A DNA stretch of 64,000 nt from Euryarchaeota archaeon UBA121 (GTDB lineage Archaea; Thermoplasmatota; Poseidoniia; Poseidoniales; Thalassarchaeaceae), in contig DANL01000059.1 in assembly GCA_002499865.1 (NCBI GenBank), forward strand, positions 5,460-69,459, given 5' to 3'. Every line of letters starts with the position of its first letter. Within the stretch, counting starts at the first letter, position 1. The translations under genes and the position numbers were made by a program. Under the pieces are notes generated by a model. That model worked only from the letters and a program-made list of their open reading frames with translations. It ran no database searches and was not told the origin of the DNA. Positions 18,801 through 28,090 of this stretch are shown here, piece after piece.

Positions 18801-21123
18801 TTCTTCAAGTCTTTCCGATCCTCTAGACTGCCTCAGACTGAAGCTACTGGACATGCTTGGTTCGGAAGGCCCACAGACTCTTGATCAACTCAGTGATAGG
18901 CTACCTTTCCCCGTGGCACAAGTAGAGTCAGTCCTACAAGAGCTAGAGATGAGGAACTTGGTATCAATAGGCTTCTTCACCCAAACAGAAGAAGGGGAGT
19001 TTATCCTCAGAGTAGACGAATATCGGATTACTGGAGGAAGCGTAGAGGTAGTGGATTATCGCACCCTTCAGACACTTCTCCTACAGAAATCCTTCACGGA
19101 GTTTTCTGAGCCCTCTGAAGCGATAAAATCGCTAGCGTTGATTCAGAGAAGGGACGAGCTACTTCATAGGGTCAAGAATTTCAGATTCAGAGACTGGAAA
19201 GACTTCAAACACGATTCTGACGTTTACAACGGAAGACTATTGCACAATAGGGTAGGATACACAACTCTAGATCAGATACCTATGCTTCTGGGGCTTCGAT
19301 CGGATCCTTGGCTGGGCTCTTTAGAAGAAGAAATACTCGAGAAAATCCCTGAAGACGGAATCACAAGAACAGAACTTCTTTCTGAGTACCCCCGAGGTAA
19401 GGAAAATCAACATATTCAGAAAAGCATCAAGAGGGCCATATCTAACCTAGAGCGACAACTGGTTGTTGCTAAGCAATATCTAGACGTCCCCAATAGAAAG
19501 AGATCAATAGCACTATTTAGGAGAATTCATGGTGTTGTCGAGCCACTTGACTTTCCCAAAGCACTAGCTCAATTGATATCAAAGATAGGGCCAGTAAGAT
19601 TGCATACACTGAGGTTTTTCGTCAGCAGGCCTGTTGAAGAGCTCGCTGAAGTCCTTAGGGAACTAGAAAACGAGGGTACGATTTGCAGAGTGGTCGCATT
19701 ACAACCCGATCCCACAGACTATTACTCATCCCATGAGGATGCTGAGAAGCTACTCTCGCCATTAGCTGAAGATAGAAAGATGAGAATTTTAGCACAGTCG
19801 GACCCGTTCTGTAGTCGCTTCATACAAGAAGTAAGGATGATACTGAAGCAAGGTTGGTACCATCCGGTTTTCAAAGGCGTGGACCCGATAGGCAGGATAT
19901 TGATGTTCGTGGTTAACGACTATCTGGAGATTAAGGACGTGAATATCCCACATTCTTACCTGGACGAATTCAAGGACACATTCAACGAGCTACTGGAAAA
20001 CTATCGTGACAGATTAGTGGATGTCTCTGTAATGCACTCTTTCAACGGGGTCCCAGTACATGACTGCGATGAAAATATCCAAGGTATACTCGCTGATCTT
20101 GGATTCGTCTCTATGGGGGACGGAGAGAGATACATACGTGGGGGAATCGTGGAACCGAGGCCAAGAAATGAGGTGAATAGGCTCCTTTTCCATACGCATA
20201 ATATTCATCAGATAAGCAGGTGGGAAAATGAAACCTATGCTCTGAAGGAGATTGATGAACTGAGAGACGACTTCGCACTCAGGGGACGTTGTGAAATGTT
20301 CAGAGTTGATCTACAATCAATGGCCGCAACTGAGCAACTTCACCAAGGTACCAATCTCAGGGGCCATCAAGTTTGGGCCAGACTTCCTCACTTCCAGAGA
20401 TTACTAGCAATTAGAAACGCACCTCCTAATGATGATGATTTCGGTGTCTTAGATTTCTTCAGGAATCATAACGATCCCTCGGTTTTCATGGAGAGGCTAG
20501 CCATGCGTAGGGCCGAATTTAGGAAGCTTATCTCCCCCCTAGTGAGAAGTGGGCACCTAGTCCAAGACTACAGAGGGGGATTCAAGACCGTAGAGTCACC
20601 GCAGAGTTCCGATCTATGGTCAATAAAAAGGAAGTATCTAAGAGAACTGGTTGAGGAGTACCCTGTTATTTCGATGAAGCAACTCGAGAGACTTGCAGGA
20701 ACCCCCTTCTCCCCTGAGGAGATTAGCGACGTACTTCATGAATTCGAAGAGGACGGAACTCTCATCAAAGGATTCCTAGTTGACGATCAGCATGATATCA
20801 GCTGGGGGAGGAAGGAGATTTTAGATTCAAAAGAGATTCCAAAAACTAGGGATTTGGTCATTCCACCATCAGACCCATTGATTCACTATTTTGGATCTAT
20901 TCTCAGGGAAAGATTCGGCTTCGGTTCGGCTTACTTAGTATTCCACAAGGAAGAGCCCATTGCAGCTTTCAAGGCCAATACAAGAAACTCGACAATAGAA
21001 GTTACAGACTTCGTAGGGGATTCCGATCTAGAGAAGGAGGCTCTCAGAGTCATGAAAGAATTCGCATGGGAACATCAAATGCCACTAACGGGTGAGCTTT
21101 ATGAGAAGTTAAGATCGAGATGA
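15823..21123 (+). CDS. lhr: Long Lhr-family SF2 ATP-dependent helicase (1766 aa)
   Basis: PTGSGKT, YISPIKALANDI, DEMH, HHGS, SLEMGID and QRIGRAGH motifs; ~900 aa extra C-terminal region. Confidence 0.9.
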   Translation: MQQKMPEIEYVEDRMETEDLLERLCPPVRNWFMDKFPDFTEPQKVAIPRILKGEHLLLCSPTGSGKTLTAFLTIIDDLVRGSLDGTLPDSVQCVYISPIKALANDIEKNLLGPLGEIKERFLPSRAKEIKVGLRTGDTPQSEREKMLRKPPHILITTPESLGLGLASKRFRPILDQMKWLIIDEMHSLVPTKRGTHLSLSMALMDTVVSSDVQRIGISATMEPLDAVAEFLVASDSRETDAEPQKVAIAKISGDRELDLDIILPTPRFSSIPVKEILDHNVDRIKELAEAHTTTLVFVNTRNMTETVVQRLKIAGMEGVEGHHGSMDKAIRLDVESRLKNGLLRCVVSSSSLEMGIDIGSVDLVIQVGSPGSIATALQRIGRAGHQVGGLPRARFLPTSPHDLMELVALQMAILEGEMDLLKFPQNSLDVLAQFLIGLTIIKEWDIDDAYSLVTSSWPYKELPYDDYIEVLDMLDEERRVWLDWEDNRFGKRGFAQMIYYTNIGTIAPDNSYLVFTGDGTLVGQLSSSFVSSLRNGDVFLLGGSTYRVASVRGTRVNVTPATGYRPTIPSWTGEANSRTHELSQAVLRLLSQISVGARMATDYEPILTEALRLNRPVALALKQFLDEHVATTFQVPSNDRILIEQVDSPLPTYVVTTCRGRAFNLALGYLFAGIASKENIIIHELSFDENGFMAKLSHEVEISKIPEVFRNDTSEEILQRYMMDSQLFSKRFREVSSRSMLNPRRIGAEEVSPKQFQQKAEAIMTKHRQMDGSVIIREAMSEILNGDLDMEQLRNFISRMDTEDVRIVHRRVKMPSPLGMTLFMSAFEDLLSLRTRAYLIKDVDPEILRRLLGARSLATDLDKQMISEYYQSKVATPKNAIDLLRLMDMGGGLEQGLTNPLYNSKLSGIEIPVIRQWVHELAERELITKVRNTNHEQIDDKWFSIRMAGVHGTLGCLAVAGASEMEDLRALYTGGLTYEIAEDFTGGTPSKWASSSLSDPLDCLRLKLLDMLGSEGPQTLDQLSDRLPFPVAQVESVLQELEMRNLVSIGFFTQTEEGEFILRVDEYRITGGSVEVVDYRTLQTLLLQKSFTEFSEPSEAIKSLALIQRRDELLHRVKNFRFRDWKDFKHDSDVYNGRLLHNRVGYTTLDQIPMLLGLRSDPWLGSLEEEILEKIPEDGITRTELLSEYPRGKENQHIQKSIKRAISNLERQLVVAKQYLDVPNRKRSIALFRRIHGVVEPLDFPKALAQLISKIGPVRLHTLRFFVSRPVEELAEVLRELENEGTICRVVALQPDPTDYYSSHEDAEKLLSPLAEDRKMRILAQSDPFCSRFIQEVRMILKQGWYHPVFKGVDPIGRILMFVVNDYLEIKDVNIPHSYLDEFKDTFNELLENYRDRLVDVSVMHSFNGVPVHDCDENIQGILADLGFVSMGDGERYIRGGIVEPRPRNEVNRLLFHTHNIHQISRWENETYALKEIDELRDDFALRGRCEMFRVDLQSMAATEQLHQGTNLRGHQVWARLPHFQRLLAIRNAPPNDDDFGVLDFFRNHNDPSVFMERLAMRRAEFRKLISPLVRSGHLVQDYRGGFKTVESPQSSDLWSIKRKYLRELVEEYPVISMKQLERLAGTPFSPEEISDVLHEFEEDGTLIKGFLVDDQHDISWGRKEILDSKEIPKTRDLVIPPSDPLIHYFGSILRERFGFGSAYLVFHKEEPIAAFKANTRNSTIEVTDFVGDSDLEKEALRVMKEFAWEHQMPLTGELYEKLRSR

Positions 21124-22101
21124 CTCGGCATTAGCTCTCGTGAAAATTTTGGTCACCGGTCTAGAGATTCTCAATATGTGGCGATGCAACTCTGGTAGAA
21201 GATCAAAAAGAGCAGTGGCCAATAGGAACATAGCGAACAGACTGGCCACCTTTGCTGCATAACTATGTGTGAAATCAAACATATCAATGTCAGATCCAGG
21301 AAACAGCCTCCAGCCATTGTAAGTATCACTTAGCCATACAATTCCCGCATTTCTGAATACATTGAGTACGTGTATCGTGGGCAATGCGATCAGTAAACCC
21401 CTCGTCTTGCGCTTCCAGGAAACGCCCCTTAGAGCTACAATAGCACCTACAAAGATAATCATCGACTGTAAAGCCGAGCAGGCCAGTATGAAACTAACAC
21501 TAACCGGAGTTCCGTCAGAATAGTTGAAAGGAGCGAAAAATCCTTTGTCACCAAGTGGTTCAGTTAGAAAATATCTGCTGCCCTCCCATTGAGAAGCGGC
21601 TACCACTCCACTGGGAAGGTCCACCATAATTTCTCCAACCTCGAAAGACCCCAATCCACAGAATTCTAACAGCCACTCTGTACTATGTGCAGTCATCTCA
21701 ACGAATTGCATATTCAGAATAGGTATGCTATATACGGCATAATATGGAATCACAGACCAAGCCACTGCTCCTCTGAGCCATATTAGAGACTCATTTTGGA
21801 GCTCCCAGTTCCTAACCTCCCAAATCCCTAGGGCGATACCAGCTGGAAGCGCTCCAGCAGTCATCAGAACAAGCAAGGGATCTTCAATCTCTATGAAATG
21901 TCCAGATTGCATATAGAAAAAGAGGCCAAGCAACGACCAGCCAACAGCTGCAGAGTACGCGGCCATGGAAGAATCTCCACGATGAAAAGAGAATCCCAGA
22001 GATAGTGCACCAAACCAGCAAAATGACAGCCAAAGAGAGAATTCTGGCACCCCAATTGCACCCGCGAGACCATCCACCAAGACGACGATTGGGTCTTCCA
22101 T
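21109..22101 (-). CDS. artA: Archaeosortase (ArtA-like, exosortase family)
   Basis: Multi-TM protein with candidate catalytic Cys (ILACSALQS), Arg (LNVFRNAG) and downstream His (FTHSY). Confidence 0.8.
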   Translation of the reverse strand: MEDPIVVLVDGLAGAIGVPEFSLWLSFCWFGALSLGFSFHRGDSSMAAYSAAVGWSLLGLFFYMQSGHFIEIEDPLLVLMTAGALPAGIALGIWEVRNWELQNESLIWLRGAVAWSVIPYYAVYSIPILNMQFVEMTAHSTEWLLEFCGLGSFEVGEIMVDLPSGVVAASQWEGSRYFLTEPLGDKGFFAPFNYSDGTPVSVSFILACSALQSMIIFVGAIVALRGVSWKRKTRGLLIALPTIHVLNVFRNAGIVWLSDTYNGWRLFPGSDIDMFDFTHSYAAKVASLFAMFLLATALFDLLPELHRHILRISRPVTKIFTRANAESSRS

Positions 22102-22161
22102 GATGCTAACGAGCCATCAACCCGTAAATATGATGCCCCCAACCGATAGCCGGGTAAGCAC

Positions 22162-22731
22162 ATGGCTGACGACTTCACTGAGTTTGCTAACATCTACCTT
22201 GGCGACCTCAAAAGTACGCTCGATAATCTACCAACAACAGAAATTTCGAATCTATATTCGATGGTACTTGAAGCCTGTGAGCAAGGAGCTACTGTCCACT
22301 TCATAGGAAACGGCGGGAGCGCGGCTACTCCATCTCACAGTGCTGGAGATTGGTCAAAGGAACTCGGTCTGAAAACCATAGCTCACTCTGATAATACATC
22401 TTCTTTTTCAGCATGGGCGAATGATGAAGGTTACTCCCAAGTATTCGTTGGTCAACTTTCCACATTTGCCGATAACGGTGATCTACTAATCGCTTACTCT
22501 GGTTCTGGGAACTCAGAGAATGTAATTAATGGCGTAAAATACGCTAATGAGATTGGATGTAAAACTGTTGCAATTACTGGAAACTATAATGGAATGGGAG
22601 GGGGAGAAATTGTTAATCTAGTAGATTTATCCATAGTAATCCCCAGTACTTCCATGGAAAGAATTGAGGATGTCCAACTGGTGATTAACCATATCATCAA
22701 AGAGGCAGTGAAATCGAACCGCGAGCAGTGA
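22162..22731 (+). CDS. gmhA: SIS-domain protein, phosphoheptose isomerase GmhA-like
   Basis: GNGGSAA..SH, AWAND.GY..VF..Q, SGSGNS.NV and IED..L...H motifs. Confidence 0.8.
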   Translation: MADDFTEFANIYLGDLKSTLDNLPTTEISNLYSMVLEACEQGATVHFIGNGGSAATPSHSAGDWSKELGLKTIAHSDNTSSFSAWANDEGYSQVFVGQLSTFADNGDLLIAYSGSGNSENVINGVKYANEIGCKTVAITGNYNGMGGGEIVNLVDLSIVIPSTSMERIEDVQLVINHIIKEAVKSNREQ

Positions 22732-22735
22732 TCAC

Positions 22736-23380
22736 ATGTTCCCGCCGATGAGGGACAGAGAAAGTCTGTACTCTCCACTAGAATTAGAGCCTCTCCCATT
22801 CGAAGGTGAATGGCAAGGAAAGATAGCATATCTGGACAGGGATGGAGTAATTATTAGGGGGTTCGAAGATTATGTTAATTCTCCTGATGAGGTAGAGATC
22901 CTTGCCGGGGCCCCCAAGGCCATCGGAGACTTGAGAAGAGAAGGGTTTAGGATATGCATTGTTACTAACCAATCTCCTGTTGGGAGAGGAATTTGGAGTA
23001 GAGAAAATCTAGCTAACATACACGATAGAGTTCGTTCAGAGATTATTTCAGCAGACCGTGATGCGATTCTTGATTTGACACTACACAGCCCTTATGCTCC
23101 TTGGCATAATTCGTGGGCGAGAAAACCCAATCCTGGCATGCTAGAAGCAGGCAGGCAGATCATTGATGCCGCAGAGTCAAAAATATTACTTTCCGAAGGC
23201 GACATAAAATTTGGCGATGAATGGAAAAACCGACCCTCAGAGGCAACATCCGTAATGGTAGGTGACAGAAATGTGGATATGGAGGCTGCAAAATCATTTG
23301 GAGTCAGGTCATTCAAATGTGATCCAGACAAGGGATTGAAAGAAGTCATCTCAGAAATATTGGTGAGGGAAAATGAGTAA
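22736..23380 (+). CDS. gmhB: HAD-IIIA phosphatase, GmhB-like heptose bisphosphate phosphatase
   Basis: LDRDGVI, VTNQS, RKPNPGM and MVGD motifs; follows gmhA. Confidence 0.75.
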   Translation: MFPPMRDRESLYSPLELEPLPFEGEWQGKIAYLDRDGVIIRGFEDYVNSPDEVEILAGAPKAIGDLRREGFRICIVTNQSPVGRGIWSRENLANIHDRVRSEIISADRDAILDLTLHSPYAPWHNSWARKPNPGMLEAGRQIIDAAESKILLSEGDIKFGDEWKNRPSEATSVMVGDRNVDMEAAKSFGVRSFKCDPDKGLKEVISEILVRENE

Positions 23381-24626
23381 AGAACTCATAACGGTTAGAG
23401 TCGGCCTAGATGATACCGATCATCCAGATTCCGGCTGTACTACCCATTCTTTCAACTCACTACTGTATGAACTATCCAGAATCAAAGGAGTAGATGTACT
23501 AGATAGGATGCTTATCCGACTTTGGCCTTATGCCACAAGGAGAACTAGGGGTAACGGCGCACTTTCGTCCCGACTATCGTTGCCTATTGCATCAAAAGAA
23601 CAGTTCTTGCAAACTTGCACTGATTGGTTTGACAAACTTCTACAAGATATTGCCGATATCCCTCGAGATCAAAATTCCCCATCTCCCGCTCTCTTGATTT
23701 CCTTTGGAAAGGTGCCTGAGAACTGGTATTGGGAAGCAGTCAGAGGGGAGGTCGGTCTTGAAGATAGGGAGGAAGAAGTAAACTCATCTGGAATAACAGT
23801 TCTATCTCATCCGGATAAATGGGGCATAATTGGAGCTAGCTCAGCAATATCTTGGAATCCTCCAAGTGACCACTCGTGGGAGCTAATTGCTTGGAGGAAA
23901 CCACATCTAGTAGGCACAAAAAGAATTGTTTCTAAGGATTCAGTGATGCAGTTATCCGAATTATTCGCGGACACATTCATGAATAGAGATCCCACTGCAG
24001 ACAAGGGAATTATTGCACCAAGGACGCCCTGTCCAGTACTTTATGGAATACGTGGCGCAAGTAAAGAAGCCGTAGAATCGGCACATATCTGGATGCAAGA
24101 TATTGGGACTAATGAGAAGTGTGACTTATGGGCATCTCACATGTCAAATCAACTATCGGATGATCACCTTTTAGGGCCATCATTTGGTACAGTAATATCC
24201 GATCCAAGAGTATCAAAAGGAGCACATGCAAGCCTAAGGGTGATCTCAGATGGTTCGGGAGAGACTTTGGTCGCTTTCAGTGAAGGGGGACCGGTAAACA
24301 GACTTCTACGACAACTCTCTCCGGGAGATTTGGTTTCCTGGATGGGACTGAGATCTCCAGACCAGGCCATCCATCTTGAAAAATTGAAGATTGTCTCGGC
24401 ATCTCCCAGAATTACTTCTCGGCCTAGATGTTGTGGAAAGGCCATGAGGAGCAAGGGTAAAAATCAAGATCTATCATGCGATAGGTGTAAGAGGAAAGCT
24501 CCGAAATATTGGCTTTCAGACGAATGGTCTCCCGATATTCCTATTGCCTTTGACGGCTGGACCCAGCCTCCGCCTTCCCAGAGAAGGCATCTTTCCATGC
24601 CATTGGAACTCGGTGTCCCTTCTTAG
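23373..24626 (+). CDS. tiaS: tRNA(Ile2) 2-agmatinylcytidine synthetase
   Basis: GLDDTD..GCTT, TRGNGA, P.TPCPVLYGIRG, SNQLSDDHL, C-terminal Zn ribbon and RRHLSMP. Confidence 0.9.
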   Translation: MSKELITVRVGLDDTDHPDSGCTTHSFNSLLYELSRIKGVDVLDRMLIRLWPYATRRTRGNGALSSRLSLPIASKEQFLQTCTDWFDKLLQDIADIPRDQNSPSPALLISFGKVPENWYWEAVRGEVGLEDREEEVNSSGITVLSHPDKWGIIGASSAISWNPPSDHSWELIAWRKPHLVGTKRIVSKDSVMQLSELFADTFMNRDPTADKGIIAPRTPCPVLYGIRGASKEAVESAHIWMQDIGTNEKCDLWASHMSNQLSDDHLLGPSFGTVISDPRVSKGAHASLRVISDGSGETLVAFSEGGPVNRLLRQLSPGDLVSWMGLRSPDQAIHLEKLKIVSASPRITSRPRCCGKAMRSKGKNQDLSCDRCKRKAPKYWLSDEWSPDIPIAFDGWTQPPPSQRRHLSMPLELGVPS

Positions 24627-24660
24627 GTGATTATTTATCTGACATTATTGTCAGAAGGCC

Positions 24661-24861
24661 GTGGACACTGAATCAGTAATCCAGTTTGTCCTTGCATTAA
24701 CTGCAATTTTTCTGCTTTCTTTGCTAATCCGCAATTTCAAGTCGGGCAGAAAAATCGAGAAATCCCAATACTCAGGATTGGCTAGATCCCCAGAGGAACT
24801 ACTAAATCCATCGGCAGAGGCAATATCAGAAATGGAAGAACTAATCTCAAAGCTCAACTGA
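24661..24861 (+). CDS. Small hypothetical membrane protein
   Basis: 66 aa with an N-terminal TM helix; GTG start; fills an intergenic gap. Confidence 0.55.
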   Translation: MDTESVIQFVLALTAIFLLSLLIRNFKSGRKIEKSQYSGLARSPEELLNPSAEAISEMEELISKLN

Positions 24862-25438
24862 CTATTTTCTCTAGCCCCTTCTTAGTCATCCTGGCTAGAA
24901 TCACTACATCTTCGCCAGAAATAATCCTTATGCCATCCTTTTTTGGGTGCTTAAGAAGTAAAAATGTCGCATATGTACTCTCAATCTGCTTACCTCCACG
25001 AGTCATCCAACCACTGTCAGAAATTCCAGATGCGTCTTCGTATGATGACGAAGTTATGATTAGATTAGTCTTGTGAGCTATCGAAGACAGTTTCTTAGCA
25101 GCGGAGATGTCATCTTTCCTAGCTCTCCCATGATTTTCACACCAGTCATCTACAACCACAACATCATCTCTTCCGAAGTCTTCAGTACCCCTGAGAATTA
25201 AGTCTAAATTTCCTGCAAAGTCCGATGAGAAATTTAGAATTGAGATTCTCATTAGGCCCTGCTCATCAATATCGTGCAGAATTTCCCTAAATCTATCTGG
25301 ATCGGGCATTTTTCTGCAGGCCCATATTACTCTCCCCCGGTTCAATATTGTGTCTGAGACAATCCCCAGGCAAAGTGTGGTTTTTCCTGCTCCGGGCGAT
25401 GCCGAAATATGCACTGCCTCTCCTTCGAAGTCAATCAC
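24854..25438 (-). CDS. Small divergent RecA/RadB-like P-loop ATPase
   Basis: ASPGAGKTT Walker A, VVVVDD Walker B, late 'GG' motif; 194 aa. Confidence 0.65.
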   Translation of the reverse strand: MIDFEGEAVHISASPGAGKTTLCLGIVSDTILNRGRVIWACRKMPDPDRFREILHDIDEQGLMRISILNFSSDFAGNLDLILRGTEDFGRDDVVVVDDWCENHGRARKDDISAAKKLSSIAHKTNLIITSSSYEDASGISDSGWMTRGGKQIESTYATFLLLKHPKKDGIRIISGEDVVILARMTKKGLEKIVS

Positions 25439-25533
25439 GAGTCACCGTATGTGACATAGTCAAAGAGGATTACTGAATCATTTTTCAGAGAAATATAATC
25501 AATCTCCTCACTCATCAGCTACACGGGAGAACC

Positions 25534-25821
25534 ATGAACGAGAGGATTCCGAGGCGCGAAGCGCCTGATTTTAGAGACTCCGAAGACGGACTAATCTCGT
25601 CAATAGTAGAAGACGGATTTCTGAACGTGGCTCTAGATGATGCAAATCAGTACGGACCCCATGCAATGATCATATTCCTTGGTTTGGCTTCAGTTCTAAC
25701 AGGCTCTATTTTGGGATTAGCTATGATCGATCCAATACTCTCGGCCGGAACCGTAATCCTAATAGTTGGTATCTTTCTAACCAAATATCTGATTGCAAAG
25801 TTTTCGTTCTTTGGGGGATAG
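25534..25821 (+). CDS. Small hypothetical membrane protein (2 TM)
   Basis: ATG preceded by GGAGA; 95 aa with two C-terminal hydrophobic helices. Confidence 0.65.
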   Translation: MNERIPRREAPDFRDSEDGLISSIVEDGFLNVALDDANQYGPHAMIIFLGLASVLTGSILGLAMIDPILSAGTVILIVGIFLTKYLIAKFSFFGG

Positions 25822-25852
25822 TTGGTTTTTTGTCATCATTAAGTCCCAAAAT

Positions 25853-27214
25853 CTACATGAATCCACGTGCAATTGAAACTGCATTATCTACGATTTCACC
25901 AGAAACACCTAGGTGACTCTCAGGAGAGAATAGATAATTCAACTCATTTTCATCGAAGACAGAGCTAATCTGCTCATTCTCAGAACATACGGCCTTCAAA
26001 TGTCTTCCAGAGCTCAATGCCTCCATCGAGCAGCTCCTGAGAACCTCATGAGCCTCATCTCTGGGCATGTTGCCGTCTACAAGTGCTAACATGACCTTCT
26101 CAGCCATCACTAGACCTTTCTGGGATTCTATGTTCTGCAACATCCGGTCTCTGTCGACTACCAGTCTAGACATCACCCTGTCACACTTCGCAATGATGTC
26201 ATCAAGCAAAATCATTGAATGCGAAAGCGTGAATCTCTCAGAAGATGAGTTTGCAAGATCTCTTTCGTGCCAAAGAAGTGCATTCTCGTAAGAAGGAATT
26301 ATCATCGATCTAACAATTCTTGCCAGCCCACACGCATTCTCCGCCGTAATGGGATTTCTTTTGTGAGCCATAGTGGAAGATCCAACCTGCTTTTCAACGT
26401 CAAACGCCTCTGCAACCTCTGCAATCTCACTTCTCTGGAGATTCCTGACCTCTTGTAGTATCTTTTCTACAGTTGTAGATACATTCGCCATCCACCCTAC
26501 CCATTCAATGTAGCGATCTCTCCCGACTACTTGCGTGGTGGCCACTGGAACTTCCAAACCTAACTCCCCAAGGATAAGCCTCTGCAACTCTAGTGCATTT
26601 TCTCCTTGTGCCGCTCCAGTACCAACTGCCCCCAGGAACTTACCAGCAATAATCCTCGATCTCATTGAGTTGAGTCTTTCTAGGTGCCTCCTAAACTCGT
26701 CTACCCATACCGCAACCTTGATTCCGAATGTTATTGGTACGGCGGCCTGCCCATGAGTTCTGCCGATCATAATCGTATCCCTCTCCCTCTCAGCTAAATC
26801 ACACAACGTCCTCATTAGTGATTTTAGTGAGTCTAATTGTAGATCTACACTGTCTTTTATCTGAAGGGCAACAGCGGAGTCAACTATGTCATTACTAGTG
26901 GCTCCCAGGTGTATGCACCAGCCCGCCTCCCCAGCAGCTTCGGCCATGGCCTTGGTAAGTGCCATGATGTCATGTTTCGTCTCCGCCTCTATTTCCTCCA
27001 CTCTATCTGCCGTGACTATTCCCGGGTCTGAAATATCTGCAACGATATCATAGTGCTCAGCACTAACTCTTCCCATCTTGCAATGGGCCCAGACAAGAGC
27101 TCTTTCCACCTCCAGCTGCCTAGAGTGACGCCCTTCTCTCGACCAAATTGCTTTGGCCTCTTCTCGTCCATATCTGTAGTCCAGAGGTGAAACCGACATT
27201 GTATCCTCAAACAT
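25853..27214 (-). CDS. purB: Adenylosuccinate lyase
   Basis: SPLDYRY, HLGATSND, GRTHGQ, GSSTMAHKRNP and HERDL motifs. Confidence 0.95.
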   Translation of the reverse strand: MFEDTMSVSPLDYRYGREEAKAIWSREGRHSRQLEVERALVWAHCKMGRVSAEHYDIVADISDPGIVTADRVEEIEAETKHDIMALTKAMAEAAGEAGWCIHLGATSNDIVDSAVALQIKDSVDLQLDSLKSLMRTLCDLAERERDTIMIGRTHGQAAVPITFGIKVAVWVDEFRRHLERLNSMRSRIIAGKFLGAVGTGAAQGENALELQRLILGELGLEVPVATTQVVGRDRYIEWVGWMANVSTTVEKILQEVRNLQRSEIAEVAEAFDVEKQVGSSTMAHKRNPITAENACGLARIVRSMIIPSYENALLWHERDLANSSSERFTLSHSMILLDDIIAKCDRVMSRLVVDRDRMLQNIESQKGLVMAEKVMLALVDGNMPRDEAHEVLRSCSMEALSSGRHLKAVCSENEQISSVFDENELNYLFSPESHLGVSGEIVDNAVSIARGFM

Positions 27215-27238
27215 GCGACCGGTACATCCGGTTTGAGC

Positions 27239-27991
27239 CTAGCGATTAGAAGTCAGCCGACCAGAGGAAATATTCCAAGACCCTCTATCCCTTTGCCATG
27301 ACATTTCTCCATCCAGTTTAATCCTTTTTTTCATATGGGGGGAGTCCAAAACTAAAGTCTCGTATTCTCCTCCCTCTCCATCGGCATTGAACCTGAATTT
27401 TGATGAGATTCTAATTAGCTCTTCCACATCCGAAAGCCCCAATTTCCTCCCTATCCACTCACTATCCAGGCCATCAGATGTGACTGATGAAATCCTGACA
27501 TCAAAACCAAGTCTTGGTAAGGATCTGATATGTTCGTTAGGACTATGGTGCCACAGTGGCGAGAATGATTTAATGCCAATATTGGAGCACATCCTCTCAA
27601 TCCTTGTTCTCTGGTAGTCGGATCTAAGAGCGCCCGAGACTAGAGCATCGATTTCTAGTACTCCTTCGTGCAGAATTATGCCCTCGCTATCCCAATTATC
27701 AGGCCAGAATAGATCGAAATCTTCAGCAGGATTACTTATCCCGGATAGTCCCCGTTGCAAATCTAGCATCTCCTCCTCTTCTGCACCTTCTGTAATAATG
27801 GGGAGCCATGGGATATTGGAGGAGGCTGATTGTAGTCCTGCGACACAGACTCCTCCCGTCTGAAACATCATTGAATCATCCCCTGTAACGCATAGTGTAA
27901 CTAGGGCTCGAACATCCCAGCCCCTCATTAGAGCCCACCAAGTTGCGTATGTCGAGTCCTTTCCTCCAGAGCATAACACGGCCACACGCAT
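27239..27991 (-). CDS. dph6: Diphthine--ammonia ligase (Dph6/MJ0570 family PP-loop ATPase)
   Basis: SGGKDS, SDYQRTRIE, PLW and GEGGEYETLVLD motifs. Confidence 0.85.
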   Translation of the reverse strand: MRVAVLCSGGKDSTYATWWALMRGWDVRALVTLCVTGDDSMMFQTGGVCVAGLQSASSNIPWLPIITEGAEEEEMLDLQRGLSGISNPAEDFDLFWPDNWDSEGIILHEGVLEIDALVSGALRSDYQRTRIERMCSNIGIKSFSPLWHHSPNEHIRSLPRLGFDVRISSVTSDGLDSEWIGRKLGLSDVEELIRISSKFRFNADGEGGEYETLVLDSPHMKKRIKLDGEMSWQRDRGSWNISSGRLTSNR

Positions 27992-28090
27992 GTATCCACG
28001 AACCAACCATTCGGCTTGAATGCAACGAAGGAAGACGCTCTACTCAACTAACCTTGATAAGAGGCCCTTGATGCATGCATACTGATTACG

